Shown here: positions 52,214 to 64,000 of the stretch, piece by piece | Position numbering within the stretch: the stretch's first letter is position 1 | Layout: every line of letters begins with the position of its first letter | From: Paragordius varius | Taxonomy: Eukaryota; Animalia; Nematomorpha | Assembly (NCBI GenBank): GCA_964247055.1 | Contig: OZ176051.1 | Location: forward strand, 3,162,001-3,226,000 | Reading direction: 5' to 3' | Length of the DNA: 64,000 nt | Program-made: the position numbers and the translations under genes | The notes under the pieces: model-generated | Seen by the model: the letters and a program-made list of their open reading frames with translations, nothing else | The model's database searches: none | Told to the model about the DNA's origin: nothing

Positions 52214-55200
52214 TATCATTTACTTTCTTTTATATTGATTATAGTTCACCATTTATTTTAAGAAAAATATATTTTCAACATAATATTAACAATTCCGTCA
52301 TGATTACGTCGAACGCATATCAGAGCGAAAAATTTAAATATATAAACTACAACAAAATAAATGAAATCGGATGAGCGATAAACAGTGGGAATTTATAGAC
52401 AAAATTGATAAAATTGGATTAGATATTTGCTTGTACAAAACAATTAAATGACTTAAAACACTGAAATATAAAAATTGCAAAAGAAATCGAGTTTCAAATA
52501 AACAATATGACATTATTCAGACGAATCAAAAATTTAAAAAATCAAAAGGATGTCAAATTCATTAATTGTATAAGAAATGATGATAACAACATGATAATTG
52601 ATATAAAGGAAGTCAGAAGTATTTTGAGAGAAACACTGCGATTCACTCAATCCCTCAACGATTACTGTCTCCGAAATAAAACCTACATATGGTACTTTCC
52701 ATATATTTGACGTAGATGAAATTCAAACAGCTATCAATAATATGAAATTGAATAAAGCTTCTGGTCCAATGGAATTAACATCTGACATGTTTAGGACCTT
52801 GCCGATGACCGCCTCCTCTCAAACTTTTTCATGCAATATTTGAACAAAACAGAATCCCATAGATTGAACAAAAAGTTGAATTAATCCAGTTTAAAAAAAC
52901 AAAGGAAATAGACTATTGCTCTAATTATCCTTTAAAATTTCTCAAACACGGAATGAAATTATTAGACATAGTAATGAAAAATCGATTAAAGCAGAATTGT
53001 TTTAGTACAGTTTGCTTTTCAAAAGGGCAAAAGTACTTCTAAGCCCCTTTTTATTCTGTACAGGATTGAGGAACATTTTTGAATAAATATAAAATGTTAT
53101 ATCACATTTTTTGTTGATCTAAAACAAGCATTTGATTCCATACCTCGTCACCTAATTAGCAAAGCCCTGAGATACAATAATATTGATGAGTTCATGATTC
53201 AGTTAATGATGAGTTATACAAACACACAGAGCTGTGTCAGTACAAATTTAGGGTACACACAGTTCTTTGATATAATAACGGGCCTACATCAGGGTTCCAC
53301 CCTAAGTCCACTATTATTTATTGCCATACTGGACTACATCAAAGACATCTCCCTTCCACCCCTATACTACTTTATGCTGATGACCTTGTCATTACAGCCA
53401 CTTCCGAAAATGAATTAAGAAACACATTCTTAAAATGGAAAAACTGCCGGACAAACCATGGTCTTACCATAAATTCAACACCAAAATAATGATAACGGGA
53501 GAAACTGTGACACTCCAACATCTCCTCTCAGTCTCTCATAAAGAGGTTAAATAGAATTCCATTATATGGCCTTGTGTAATATGTGGGTGCATACAAACAA
53601 ACATTAAAGAAAAGCTTATCAATAATAATAATTTTAAATGTTTACCCTGCAAAAACCAATCCAATAGTAAAAATAATAATATCCCTAGATCACTAGTAGT
53701 TAAAAATATTGAATATGAAATATAACGAGCTATTCTTGGGAGTAGGGTTGATTTGACTGCTTATTCAAAAAAATCCGGTCAAACCTAGTCAGACCATGGT
53801 TTACCATTCGATATTTGATTGCGAAATTAATGTTCGAACGACACTTGCGTTTCACTATTAATGTCATGTTTTTTTTTAAAAAAGTTTGTATTTAATTTTT
53901 AATATTTATTATTTACAAATATATTCAATAAAATTTATTCAAGAGTTTTGTTTTCAAATAAATTTTGCCACATGTTTGAAGCCTATCTTCAAATACATAG
54001 TTTTAATACTGGATATTTCAAATAAAATTTTACCTAATTTACACTTTCTTTCATCATTAAAATATCCAAAAAATGTTTTTTTCATTTTATTGGTTTACAC
54101 ATATGGAATAATTGGATATTTTGCAAAGGGCTTAACTGTTTTGTTTTTGAAATGACTGAATAGTGTTGCATGTTTATTTTATATTGTTAAATAGACAAAT
54201 TTATATTTAATTTTTATTTTTTAAAAAATATATCAAAAAAATTATCTTACCATCTCTCTTCCAAAGAAAATTTACCAGCAATTTTTCAGAAAACAGCTAT
54301 TTTAAATGACCGTGGTCAAAAAATAAGCACTGACCTGGTCGACCGGGTCATGACTTGGTCAGCACAACCCTACTTGGGAGCATCTTTACCAGTGTTGGGA
54401 ATCTAAACACCACACTATCATAACGCATAAAAATGGATGAGTAAAATTCAATCAACTAAAGTTTATACTCACACATAAATCCATTTCCCTCAAAAATAAA
54501 TTCAAACTGTATAAGGTTGAGATTCGCCCAGCTTTGGACTATGCCTGTGAAACTCTACCGCTTACAAATAACAGCACAAACACGACTCCAAAACACAGAA
54601 AATCATATGCTGTACCACATAAATAATAATATCTCAGATTACAATGATAAAATCACATCCTATTGTAAAAAAATGCGTCTCCAATACTACGGCCCAATGA
54701 TGCGAATGAAAGACGGAGCTTGTGCCAAAGATATATTGGAACAACGCTTTGACGGCCCAAATCGAAGGGGGGCACCCACGTCTAACTGGGTTAAATCTTG
54801 TTCACCAAGATCTAGCCTCATTATCCTTAAACCCCGAGGACGTTTACGACAAAAATAAATAACGTGCTAGTATTCAGGATACCTTCCACCGGGAGAAAAT
54901 AAGATGATAATTACAGAAACCACCTTTTTTAACATTTAAAAAACTCGATGTCTGGTTTCATTTGGGAGCGATAAAACAAAACAACCGATTTTAAAAAGTC
55001 AGCTGTTTGAAATACGATTAAATTAATATTTTGGTATATAATCATCCGGAATTCCAGTTAATAGATAATAAATTATGCATGCAGCATTAATATTTTCAAA
55101 GTTAACCATATAAGGAATTAAAAAAAAATTGTTTTGGTGATGACAAAATTATATTTAAAAACGGTTTTAAAAAATAAAGACTTTGATTTTAGGTACATTG

Positions 55201-58200
55201 GTACTGTTGTAAGTTGTTCGGTAGATTAAGAAAAAACATGCATTTTTAAATATATAATAAAGCGAAAAATATAAAGCTTGTTTTTCATTTTTAAATATTT
55301 ATAATTTCTAGATATCTTAAATATATATAATTAATACCTATCCTTATCCGCAAGCAATGAACATATATCACTTGACAAAAGTGCTGGCAGCATTTCAATT
55401 CTACGATCAACTAAATAGACTGTAGTGCCCCTATTTCGGGCTTCTAAATCCAAAGGAGTATCAGTTTTAACGAAATGTGTTACATCAGCTATATGCACTC
55501 CAATCTAAAAAATTAATTATTTATTTTATGTATGAAAATTATAAAACATAAAAATCTATAATGGAATCCCCGCAAGGATATCAATTCATCTTTATATGCT
55601 ATTTTCTTCTTTCAAAGGAGGTATGCATGTTATAGTTTTCCATTTGTTTCTGTCTTCTGCTTGTTCGATTTTGATATTGAGAAAACTAGGTCTTCTTGAA
55701 TAGCGGATTTCCAGGTTTACAAGGTTTACCTTTTTGTTTTTATTATTAGTTAATAAGATTTTATAAACTTTATCCAGTTTGTGTCAGCTCTATGAATGTG
55801 ACCAGCCCAACGCAAACGGTATTCACGGATAGCTGTATTAATTGGTTTAATTTTTAGAGTTTGATATGGTAAAATTTGGCTTGGAAATTGTAGATGTTAG
55901 GGTTGTGTGCGAAAAGAATGGCGCTTAAGAGTTCACCTTTTTGCAGTGATAGTAGATTTGATTAAATCATAGGCCATGTTTCCGTACCATATAGTATAGC
56001 AGGACGTATAGCCGTCATAAAAATTTTTCCCTTTGAACTGAGTAAAACGTATTTATTATTAACTAATGTTCGCAGACTATAATACTTTTTCCAACCGGCT
56101 TTGATTCTCTGCGATACCACCACCAGCATCTAAACACCTAGGTATGTAAATATGTCTACAAATTCGAATAAAGTGGAGGACTTGAGGCGATGGGGTTCGT
56201 ATCACCAACGCTTGTACGGATTACAGTTGAGGTGTTGTTATATAAAGCTTTATTTGTATCAAATTTTTCTCTATATCTTACCTTCTGCGCGATCAAGCAA
56301 TCAGGTGTTGCGGGACTGAGTCGAAAGCCTGTTCCATATCTACAAACGCAGAGTGGAGAGGGAAATTTCTTAAGTGAGCATTTTGTAATTGGCGCATTAT
56401 AAATAGTGCATCTATAATGTCCTTGTTTTTTGAAAATCCAAATTGCATAGAATCTATGCTGCAGTGTCGACGGATTCTGTTGGCTATGAGATTTTCAAAG
56501 GTTTTAAAATATTCTAAGATGCGTATGGGACGAAAGTTGGAAACGTTAAAACGGTCTCCTTTGCCCTTATAAATTGGGATTGTAAAGCTTTTGAGCCAAT
56601 CAGTGGGTATAACATTATCTATTGCTATCTTGTTGGCAGTATTTTTAAAATAATCTACAAATCAATTATGATCTAAGGCTTTAAATACATAATTTGTGAT
56701 TTCCGAGAAACCTGGGCATTTATTATTTTTAAATTCTATAAACAAAATTCTATTTCATCATTTGTAAATGGTTGAAATGAAGAATATGTTAAGTGAGGGT
56801 TTGTAATTTCCATGGGTATTTTAGGTTTATTAAAAAAGTGGTTACACCGTGTGGTTTTTATATAGGTGGGCGTCGTGGGTAATACTATTATCGGCTAATC
56901 GTATTGCAATTGTTTCGGTTTTAATATTATTATCATGTATAACCCATCTATATGCAGGTTGGGAAGATATAGCTTTTTCTAGTTCTTTGCCCTTTTCTTT
57001 ACCCATTTTTCTCATCGATGCTCTGATCGCTTTACGGCAATCTTTCTTAGTTTGGTATAATTCATTTTGGCGTCAGCACTTTTTTCTTTTTTCCATTTTT
57101 GGACAGCAGATTTCTTTTTCTTAATTATATCTATCAGGGATATTTGTCACCACCATTTAAATTCTTTTTTATTATGAGATTTCATTCTGCCAACATTCTT
57201 CTTTAGTGATTCAATGAAAGCTATATTAGAAATAATTCCAAAGGTGTTCCGGGGAGATTGTTTAGGGAATTTTCCGTGTCGAGTTTTAATCTATTATTAA
57301 TATTATTATCGACTAATTTTTTATATCTAAATTCAGGTTTATTTTGTTCTATGGCTGATTGTGTTGATGTAGATTAATATAATTCAGCAATATCCTCTTT
57401 TCTTGAAATTATTATATCAATCATTGAGCAATTTATGCCGGATATATAGGTTAGCAAGTTGTTATCATTTTTTTTAAAAAAAGGTATTAATGATGGATAA
57501 ATTATTATTACTTTCGAAATTAATAATATTTTACCATTTTCATTTAAATCATCCATTCCAAAACCTCCATGACTGAATGTAAAGATTCTTTACCGAAGTG
57601 TGGGTTTATATCACCCCAGATAAATATGAAATCATTGTGCGGAATAGCAGTAACTTTTTCATATAAAGCCAACCAGAATAAATCCTTACAGTCTGAATCA
57701 CAACCGATTTGCGGAGCGTACACGGATAAAATATAAGAGATTTTTTGTTGAGTTTAATTTTTAATACCATTAATCTTTCAGATGAGATATCGATCGATAT
57801 CATAATGAATATGATGGATTTTTCGAAATAAACTCCGACACCTGATGAACGGCCATTAGATCAAGACCAGAATAGTTTATAATCCAGAATGTTTTGGAAC
57901 CAGAGTTCTTCCAGCGAGTTTCTGGGACGTAACATATTTTCGATGTTCTTAAAGAGCAGCAAAGCTGCTATTTTCCTGACTCCTTCTGGTTAAAGATGTT
58001 ATATTCTAAGTGGCCAAACAAATGATATGATTAGGGTGTGTGGGATTTAAATGCATCCATATGTGTTGTTATATTGTAATGAAATATTTTGAAATAAAAA
58101 GAACAAGCAAATAGCGAGAAAGAAAAGTGAATTAGCGATGAAATACTGAAATAAATTATGGAGCAACCGTTTTTTACGCCGTGTATGCCCTTACTATCCG

Positions 58201-61200
58201 GCAATCAGAAAACCTGGAGGAAAGTAAATAAACGTTTTAAAAAAAGATGGTGGGTTTAAGCTGTTTAAGCGAATGTCCTCCCCGCCAGGATATAAATGGT
58301 TTTATTTTTTTGGGTGAAGAAAAAAGGGTTTTTCGGTTAAAAGTTATGTAGGTGCATTTCACCCTGGTGGTTATCGCCCCAAAACAACGGGGTTATGGCT
58401 TAATTTCTTTATTACGACCAGATAAAAAATGATTAAATGTTAATTTTACCTCATTTTGATGACTTGGAAAAACATATTAGAAAGGATCATCACTTTTTAG
58501 CCTCTCTGAACCTTATTAACAAGGATATTTTAAAAATCGAGTGTATAATGAGCATGAGTTGATTAGCTCTGGTTTTGATATATTTAAAATGAAGGTAGGC
58601 CATTCTGAAGCTGACTAATCTGCCATATTAAGCAAAAATCAATTTTACTCACATATAAAATAATTTACGGATAATTTTGCTTTATTAATAATTTAAATCA
58701 TAAAATTATTCCACATCATAGCGATATAGTATTATACGTTTGGAATATATTAAAAATACTTTAAGCTGTTTTAAACTAAATTATAGTGTTATATAAAAAA
58801 TTAAATTCAGAAACAATACAATGTTTCAATACCAGTTTTCTATGTGGCTTCCCTTTGCTTATAATTAAGAAAAGCCGCAAATGCGCAATAAATTTATTTT
58901 AAAAAATGATAGAAACGCCTAGCACCAAATATTTTAAAAAAATTAAGTAATTATATTAAATCATATTGGATGTTGTATAAAACATGCTTAATAAAATAAT
59001 CTATTTACCTACTTTCACATTTTGTCAAAGATACGCATCAGTTCAGAGTTTAATTGAGCTTAGCAATGAAATTAGGCAGAAACTTGTTAGGATTTATTCA
59101 CCAAAACGTTTTTAAAACACATTCCAATATGAGCGTTAATTTTTATCTCAAACTTAGACATATATTTGAAAGAGGCATATTTGATAAAATACTAGCGGTT
59201 TGGATTATCAAGAGATAAAATGACAGACTTAACTTTTCTACAAAGATATTTTGCAATATGCGCAAAATTACCGATTATCGATCACAAAATTTTGATCTAA
59301 ATAAACACTAAAACAAATCACTCACCTTATTCAAGCTACCTTAATTGGCCTAAAATATTCAGAAATTTATCCACAATTTTATATGTCATAGTGTAATGTA
59401 ACATATATCTTTCAATCAAATTTGAGGTATATAACAAACCTGGATATTCCCATTTTCCAAAAATTTACAATGTAATGCATCATCAACATCCGTACAGCCG
59501 GGAGGATCAATACTCATTATAAGTTCATTTCTTAAGTCTAAGCGTTTTTCTAGATTCTACATAAGAAAACGTATTAGAATATAATTTTATAATTTACATA
59601 TAGTGATATCATTGGCAGTTGTAAAAAAATATATTAAATCAGAGTCAATAAATTTAAAAAACAGTAACCCAAAACGTTTTATGTATCTATACTTTAATTT
59701 AAATCAAACTAAAAATTGATCGAGAAGTGCATATAATACAAACACATCATTCGGAGAGAGCAAAGGCAAATGTGTGTAAAATTGTGAATTCATATATAAG
59801 AAAAGAGTTTGTATTAATATATAAAAACACCTCCGACAAAACGCTCCAGTCAGAAGGCGGTAAGCATTTCAATGCTTTCAATGGATAATTAGCTATCGGT
59901 TGAATATCGTATTGCAGAAGAATAGCCAAATTAAAGGACTCTGCTTCAGTGGTTGATCCTAAAGTCCGAATATAGTGGCCCTAATGACATAAATAGTTAT
60001 TGGAATAATAATTACCAATAAAATTCATAAATAAAATAATATTAGATACCAAAGGATGTCGGCTGTTTTTTGGCCAGCTATCTATAGAAACGACAATTAT
60101 CTTGCTTTTTAGTATATCTAACATTAAAATATCATTAAATATTAATATACTATGTTTTAAAATAAAACCAATATAAAAAGATGTTACCGTTAGCATCACG
60201 CTCTGTTATAAGCTGAGATTCAAAAGTTATTCGATTTATTGGAATTCTTACCCGAGGTATTCGCTTTTCCAATGGAATAAATGTATACCAATTACCCATA
60301 TTTATTCTAATGCATATAATTATATATAGTGTAAAATATTGGGGTTTATTTGTCAGGTTTGGTAGATAAAAAAACAGAATAGACCAAACAGCTTATAAAT
60401 AGTATTTTTGAAATTTTTGCAACATAAAAGTACAACTTTTGTAGCTTTTATGATATATTTATATTTATAGTTACCAAAAAGGGTAATAAGACGTAATAGA
60501 GGCTCCAATGATTTTTGAATATTTTATATGGGTTTAATAATTTTATCATATTGGCAAGAGCTTAGGTAAAAATTTGTAAAACTTAATGTATGGTAAATAT
60601 TCGAATTCGTTAAATGTAAATTAATTTTTTTGAGCTGTTTTCTCGCGTGATAATTTAATAGCATGGAATATATTTTATAAGTTTTGACTTTTTATAGAGT
60701 CAACATTTTAATTTATCATAGACCATAATTATATACTTTAGCCTTAAGAATCATAATAATGGCAAATTTTAAATTCAAGAAAATTATTATGATTTCCCTA
60801 GAGGTGCGTGCGGTTATAATGCTTGGCAAGCTTTTAAAAATATAGGCTACATTTACATCGATAAATGTTTTTGAGAGAAAAAATAATCCTAGCGGTGTAT
60901 GTTAGCTAAAGGTGAAAAACTCTTTTAGATAAAAATGGATTTATAAAAACGTATTGATTTCACATGATTGTTTAAACTTTTAGGCAAAAAAAATCAATCA
61001 AAAAATAATTATGGCCACAACTCGCTGATTAAATACATGCACAAATTAGAGTCTCTTTTTTCCTTTTTATAATAAAGGGTAAAGACTTAAATTTATCTGG
61101 ACTTGTATCAGCTTTAACACTCGCTTCAGGGCTGATAGTCATGATTGAAAAATTGCATAGTCGGTTAGAACTTTAGTACTCCGCACACAGTGTGTAAGAG

Positions 61201-61709
61201 CCTGTAGTCCTACCTGCCATACTATCATGCTTTCTGATTAAATAAAAAAATATTTTACGAAAAATCGTTTTCGATTGGTAACTGAATATATCCGGCAATA
61301 GGTTTCCATTTCCTTTTAATAATACCAACTATTCGGCCCGTTTTCTGAAGGTTATTGGAATTGATAGGTTGAGAATTTCGAGTTTCTGTATCATGCTATA
61401 TTAATATTTCATTTATTTTTCAAGCAAATTATAAGATTTATAATTTATTTTTTTATTAATTACACTTATTTCATATGGAAGGATAGAATAATTAAAACTT
61501 TATTTATAAAAAATTACATATTGTGAAAATGTTCAAAAAACCTCGTTTTTTGCCATCAAAACATCCAATTCCTCGGCCTCTTCTTCGTCCTCTAATATAA
61601 ATTGAGAAACAGATGATGGGAGAACCCATTCGGATTCAGGCAAAATTTCACAAGCCACAATGTCTCCGTGTATGGCTCTATTTTGGCTTTTCAAACCATG
61701 TATTGCAAT
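33921..61709 (-). CDS. DIS3: DIS3/RRP44 exosome 3'-5' exoribonuclease (CSD/OB, RNB and S1 domains); 5' PIN-domain exons not located
   Basis: Exons traced with GT-AG boundaries and consistent phases: 61542-61709, 61259-61395, 60188-60306, 60050-60117, 59831-59980, 59440-59556, 55338-55504, 50584-50747, 43782-43929, 43020-43106, 42228-42384, 38896-39107, 36241-36351, 36126-36219, 36025-36102, 34861-35025, 33921-34169 (TAG). Motifs: [70 protein letters not shown]. Confidence 0.93.
36025..36351 (-). CDS. DIS3: DIS3 exons 36241-36351, 36126-36219 and 36025-36102, separated by 21- and 23-nt introns
   Basis: [18 protein letters not shown] | [15 protein letters not shown] | [26 protein letters not shown]. 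Confidence 0.92.
36600..37890 (-). pseudogene. Heavily decayed RTE-like LINE fragment in a DIS3 intron, related to the 31540-33700 copy
   Basis: Minus-strand remnants [13 protein letters not shown] and [14 protein letters not shown] parallel LSNTQAGFRTNR and QGCVLSPTLFNFC; boundaries approximate. Confidence 0.7.
40813..40846. repeat. (TA)n microsatellite; others at ~39217, ~51071 ((CA)n(TA)n) and ~52170
   Basis: Visible dinucleotide runs. Confidence 0.9.
42228..43929 (-). CDS. DIS3: DIS3 RNB exons 43782-43929, 43020-43106 and 42228-42384
   Basis: ..[16 protein letters not shown] / [20 protein letters not shown] / [29 protein letters not shown]. Confidence 0.92.
45814..49304. mobile_element. 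RTE-like LINE (with PHD-like Cys/His insert) with inverted 5' part, flanked by a 9-bp TSD GTCATAATT
   Basis: Plus-strand 46465-49291 carries the 5' UTR, APE ([14 protein letters not shown]), RT ([19 protein letters not shown]) and [16 protein letters not shown]. Minus-strand 46461-45823 carries the 3' part (FTYLG, TYACETW) and a CCAAACCAAACCAATAATA tail. GTCATAATT occurs at 45814-45822 and 49296-49304. Confidence 0.8.
46465..46520 (+). ncRNA. HDV-like ribozyme core lacking its P1 5' strand, at the 5' end of the inverted LINE segment
   Basis: P2 AUCCCC/GGGGAU; P3 ACC/GGU; L3 UGCUCGC; P1' GAUACCC; P1.1 GC/GC; P4 UCCC/GGGA; J4/2 C-UAA (C at 46510). Confidence 0.75.
49570..50060 (+). pseudogene. 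3' fragment of another RTE-like LINE
   Basis: [41 protein letters not shown]. Confidence 0.8.
50584..50747 (-). CDS. DIS3: DIS3 RNB exon
   Basis: [42 protein letters not shown]. Confidence 0.9.
52400..54900 (+). pseudogene. Decayed RTE-like LINE (linker-RT-PHD-thumb), interrupted by a hAT MITE
   Basis: [29 protein letters not shown] and C..C.MWVH before the MITE; [23 protein letters not shown] after it. Boundaries approximate. Confidence 0.8.
53743..54372. mobile_element. Non-autonomous hAT DNA transposon (MITE, 630 bp)
   Basis: TIRs TAGGGTTG (53743) and CAACCCTA (54365-54372); perfect 8-bp TSD CTTGGGAG at 53735-53742 and 54373-54380; subterminal GACC/GGTC motifs. Confidence 0.9.
55338..55504 (-). 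CDS. DIS3: DIS3 RNB exon
   Basis: [55 protein letters not shown](R). Confidence 0.95.
55600..58000 (-). pseudogene. Decayed RTE-like LINE with an internal RT deletion
   Basis: Minus-strand remnants [52 protein letters not shown]. Boundaries approximate. Confidence 0.75.
59440..59556 (-). CDS. DIS3: DIS3 exon carrying the RNB catalytic aspartates
   Basis: [39 protein letters not shown]; 117 nt, phase 0/0. Confidence 0.95.
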
Positions 61710-62152
61710 CTATAACACGAGTATAGATACCATATTCAATAATATATTATCAAAAAAATAATCATTGAATTTCGAAAAATATTTAAAATTTTTATTGATT
61801 CCAAATAGGGTATCCATAAAAGTTTGCTCAAAACGCAACATATTATAATTTGCTTAGAAAGCCCTTTTCTTTTTTCCGTTAATTTTATGACACAAGAATA
61901 TAGTATCAAACCTTGCAAATTAAAACCAAAAAAAGTAGACACAAATTTATAATTTTTATACATTATCAAATTAATTTGGTTTACAATCAACTGCAAAAGA
62001 TTAACAAAATTGCGTAAAATTGTGGATTTTATTTAAAATGTATAGAACAATATAGGCACTTTTTTGAGCCGTGTGGGGCCGACAACCACATTATCATCTA
62101 TCGCCTAAAAAAAGTTTAGAATTTTATAGGTGACAATAAGATTCATCTTCAT

Positions 62153-63500
62153 CAGGGGTCGGCAACATGCAGCCCAATAATTCAAAAAGTCTTAAAAAAT
62201 TAATAAATTTTTAGCTCGACTGCGCGAAAATCGTATTTGTTACACAAATTTAATAATCATTACTAGTTTTGTATAAAGGGTTTAAAATTCATTTCATTTA
62301 ATCAGTTTGCTGCTGGATGTTTATAAGTTCCAGCAACCAGCGAAATTCCGCATTAATCAAAACTTCCTTTGATATATCAAAATCGATTGCAGAAAACAAT
62401 AAACCGTTCACCGAAGGAGAGTTTATAAAAAAGCGTCTCCTTGTTACCGTCAAACAAATATGCTCCCAACAAATGAAAAAGGTTTTTTAAGCTTGGCACA
62501 TACCATTGTGCCACGAATTGAAAATATATCAGCCGATAAGGTTTAATAATCAAAAAAAAATACTTCTCAATAGCACTCGATAAAAGCCATGGCACAGGAG
62601 CTCAATTGTTAATTTTTATCCGAGAAATTGATAAACAATTCTGTGTAACAGAACTGCTATATCAAAAAGTCTACATGAGAAAACAAAAGGTGAAGATAAA
62701 TTTGCAACTATTAGATGTTTTCATTATATACGATATCAAATGGTTTCAATTAAAAAATGTGACCACTGATGGGGGAACATGACGGGTTATAATTCTGGTT
62801 TGATTGGCCTGATTAATAAGAAATTTTTTTCAACTTCATTGCATTATTCTACGCGCTATGTGCAAAAGTTGTGAATTTAGAAAATGTTATAAATATTGTT
62901 GTAAAATTTATATAATCCATTTGTAGAAACGGTGGTAAGCATCGACTATTTCATGTTTTTTAAAATGAAATTGAGACAAAATATGAAGATATCATTTATT
63001 TTTCTAAAATATGATGGTTCAGTCACGGTAAAGTTTTACAAAGATTTTTTGAGTTAATAAATGATATCGAAATGTTTTTAGAAATAATATGCCAGAGTTG
63101 TCATATTTTGAATGGTTGAGTGAATATCGCATATTTTTATTAATTCACCAAAAATACTGGATAAAAATTTTTGCAATCGGTTTAAGATTTTTATGCAAAA
63201 GAATACTTCGTTTGAAAATTCTTTTAGTTTTGATATTGTTAACGCACATGAGTGTAATTGATTTGCGATCTAGCAGTCTTAAAAAATAACTTTAAGAACA
63301 ATGATTAATTATATTTTATTTAAAGTTACTCATTTAAGAATTACCCAATGGATTAGTATATTTTCTAGTACTTATGTGAACAAACGTTTTCAAAATGATT
63401 TTCATAAAATCAAAGCAACGAACGAAATTGACGGATGAAAATTCGCATAATTTGTTGAGGATCGATTCGCAAACACAAACAGACTTTAAAAATTATTCGA
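62153..63500 (+). pseudogene. hAT (SPIN/Charlie, GTF2IRD2-like) transposase remnant with left TIR
   Basis: TIR-like CAGGGGTCGGCAAC at 62153. Frameshifted remnants FTEGEFIK, FSIALDKS..AQLLIFIR, VTTDG, HCII and WFSHGKVLQRFFEL. Right TIR not seen. Confidence 0.75.
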
Positions 63501-64000
63501 CAATAAATAAGGTAATCTTTTTTGTTGCTTTAAAAATATAGTTTAATTATATAACTAAGTTAAATAATTTGCGATGCAGAGATTCTTAACACAAGTTTTG
63601 TAAATTTTTAATAAAACAGGATAAATAGCTCTCATTTGATATTTCGTTGAATCGAAGCCACAAGAAATGTTAACGTACTTATTCAGGAATTTTATAATTT
63701 TTATTTAATACCTCCCTTTTTATCCTTTTAATTTTATTAAAATCCAACGGCTGAGCTATTAATTTTAAAATTATATGCTCTGCCAATTTCATGAGAAAAT
63801 CCGAAATCTCTGAATTATACCGGTTATTTATAGATTTTAAAATAATATATAACTTTTTTGGATAAATATGTTATTGATATATTAAAAATGTATGTTTTTA
63901 TTTACAAGGTATAAAATTTTAACAGTTCTATAAAATAAATTGCATGATTATAATATTTATATCCGAGAATGATACATATTATTATGCCAAGAAAAACTAA

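Noticed and set aside
61214-61258. Possible 25-nt intron plus 20-nt micro-exon in DIS3
   Set aside because: It breaks the phase; exon 61259 joins exon 60306 in frame without it.
61731-61860. Candidate upstream DIS3 exon (..FEQTFMDTLFGINKNFKYF..NILLNM)
   Set aside because: Similarity to DIS3 is too weak to call by eye. It was left out of the gene model, so the 21-nt intron at 61710-61730 is tentative.

Overview
Eukaryotic (bilaterian-type rRNA) scaffold covering the edge of a 45S rDNA array and its AT-rich single-copy flank. Bases 1-31336 hold three rDNA units transcribed on the minus strand (18S-ITS1-5.8S-ITS2-28S; unit A to B period 10214 bp), with a 200-N gap at 20767-20966. Unit B is intact. 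Units A and C are each interrupted at exactly the same 28S nucleotide (rRNA sense GTTACCACAGGGAT^AACTGG, the peptidyl-transferase loop, E. coli U2449/A2450 equivalent). The interrupting elements are two divergent RTE-like APE-endonuclease/reverse-transcriptase non-LTR retrotransposons, co-oriented with the rRNA. The 5'-complete element starts with an HDV-like ribozyme fold whose predicted cleavage site is the 28S/element junction. A second, catalytically degenerate HDV-like fold follows it, and its 5' UTR also carries a 17-nt copy of the IGS repeat motif. This looks like an R2-style rDNA parasite built on an RTE-like chassis. All three 28S copies also have a substitution in the normally invariant R2/I-PpoI target (CTTATGG instead of CTTAAGG). 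The flank (31337-64000) carries a minus-strand DIS3/RRP44 gene (17 exons traced by hand, stop at 33921; introns from 21-23 nt up to 6.7 kb). It also holds several decayed RTE-like LINEs (one with a twin-priming-type 5' inversion, a 9-bp TSD and a P1-less HDV-like ribozyme), a hAT MITE with an 8-bp TSD and a hAT transposase remnant. Most ORF-track entries are antisense or shadow ORFs over rRNA and repeats. All alignments and folds were done by eye; no searches were run.
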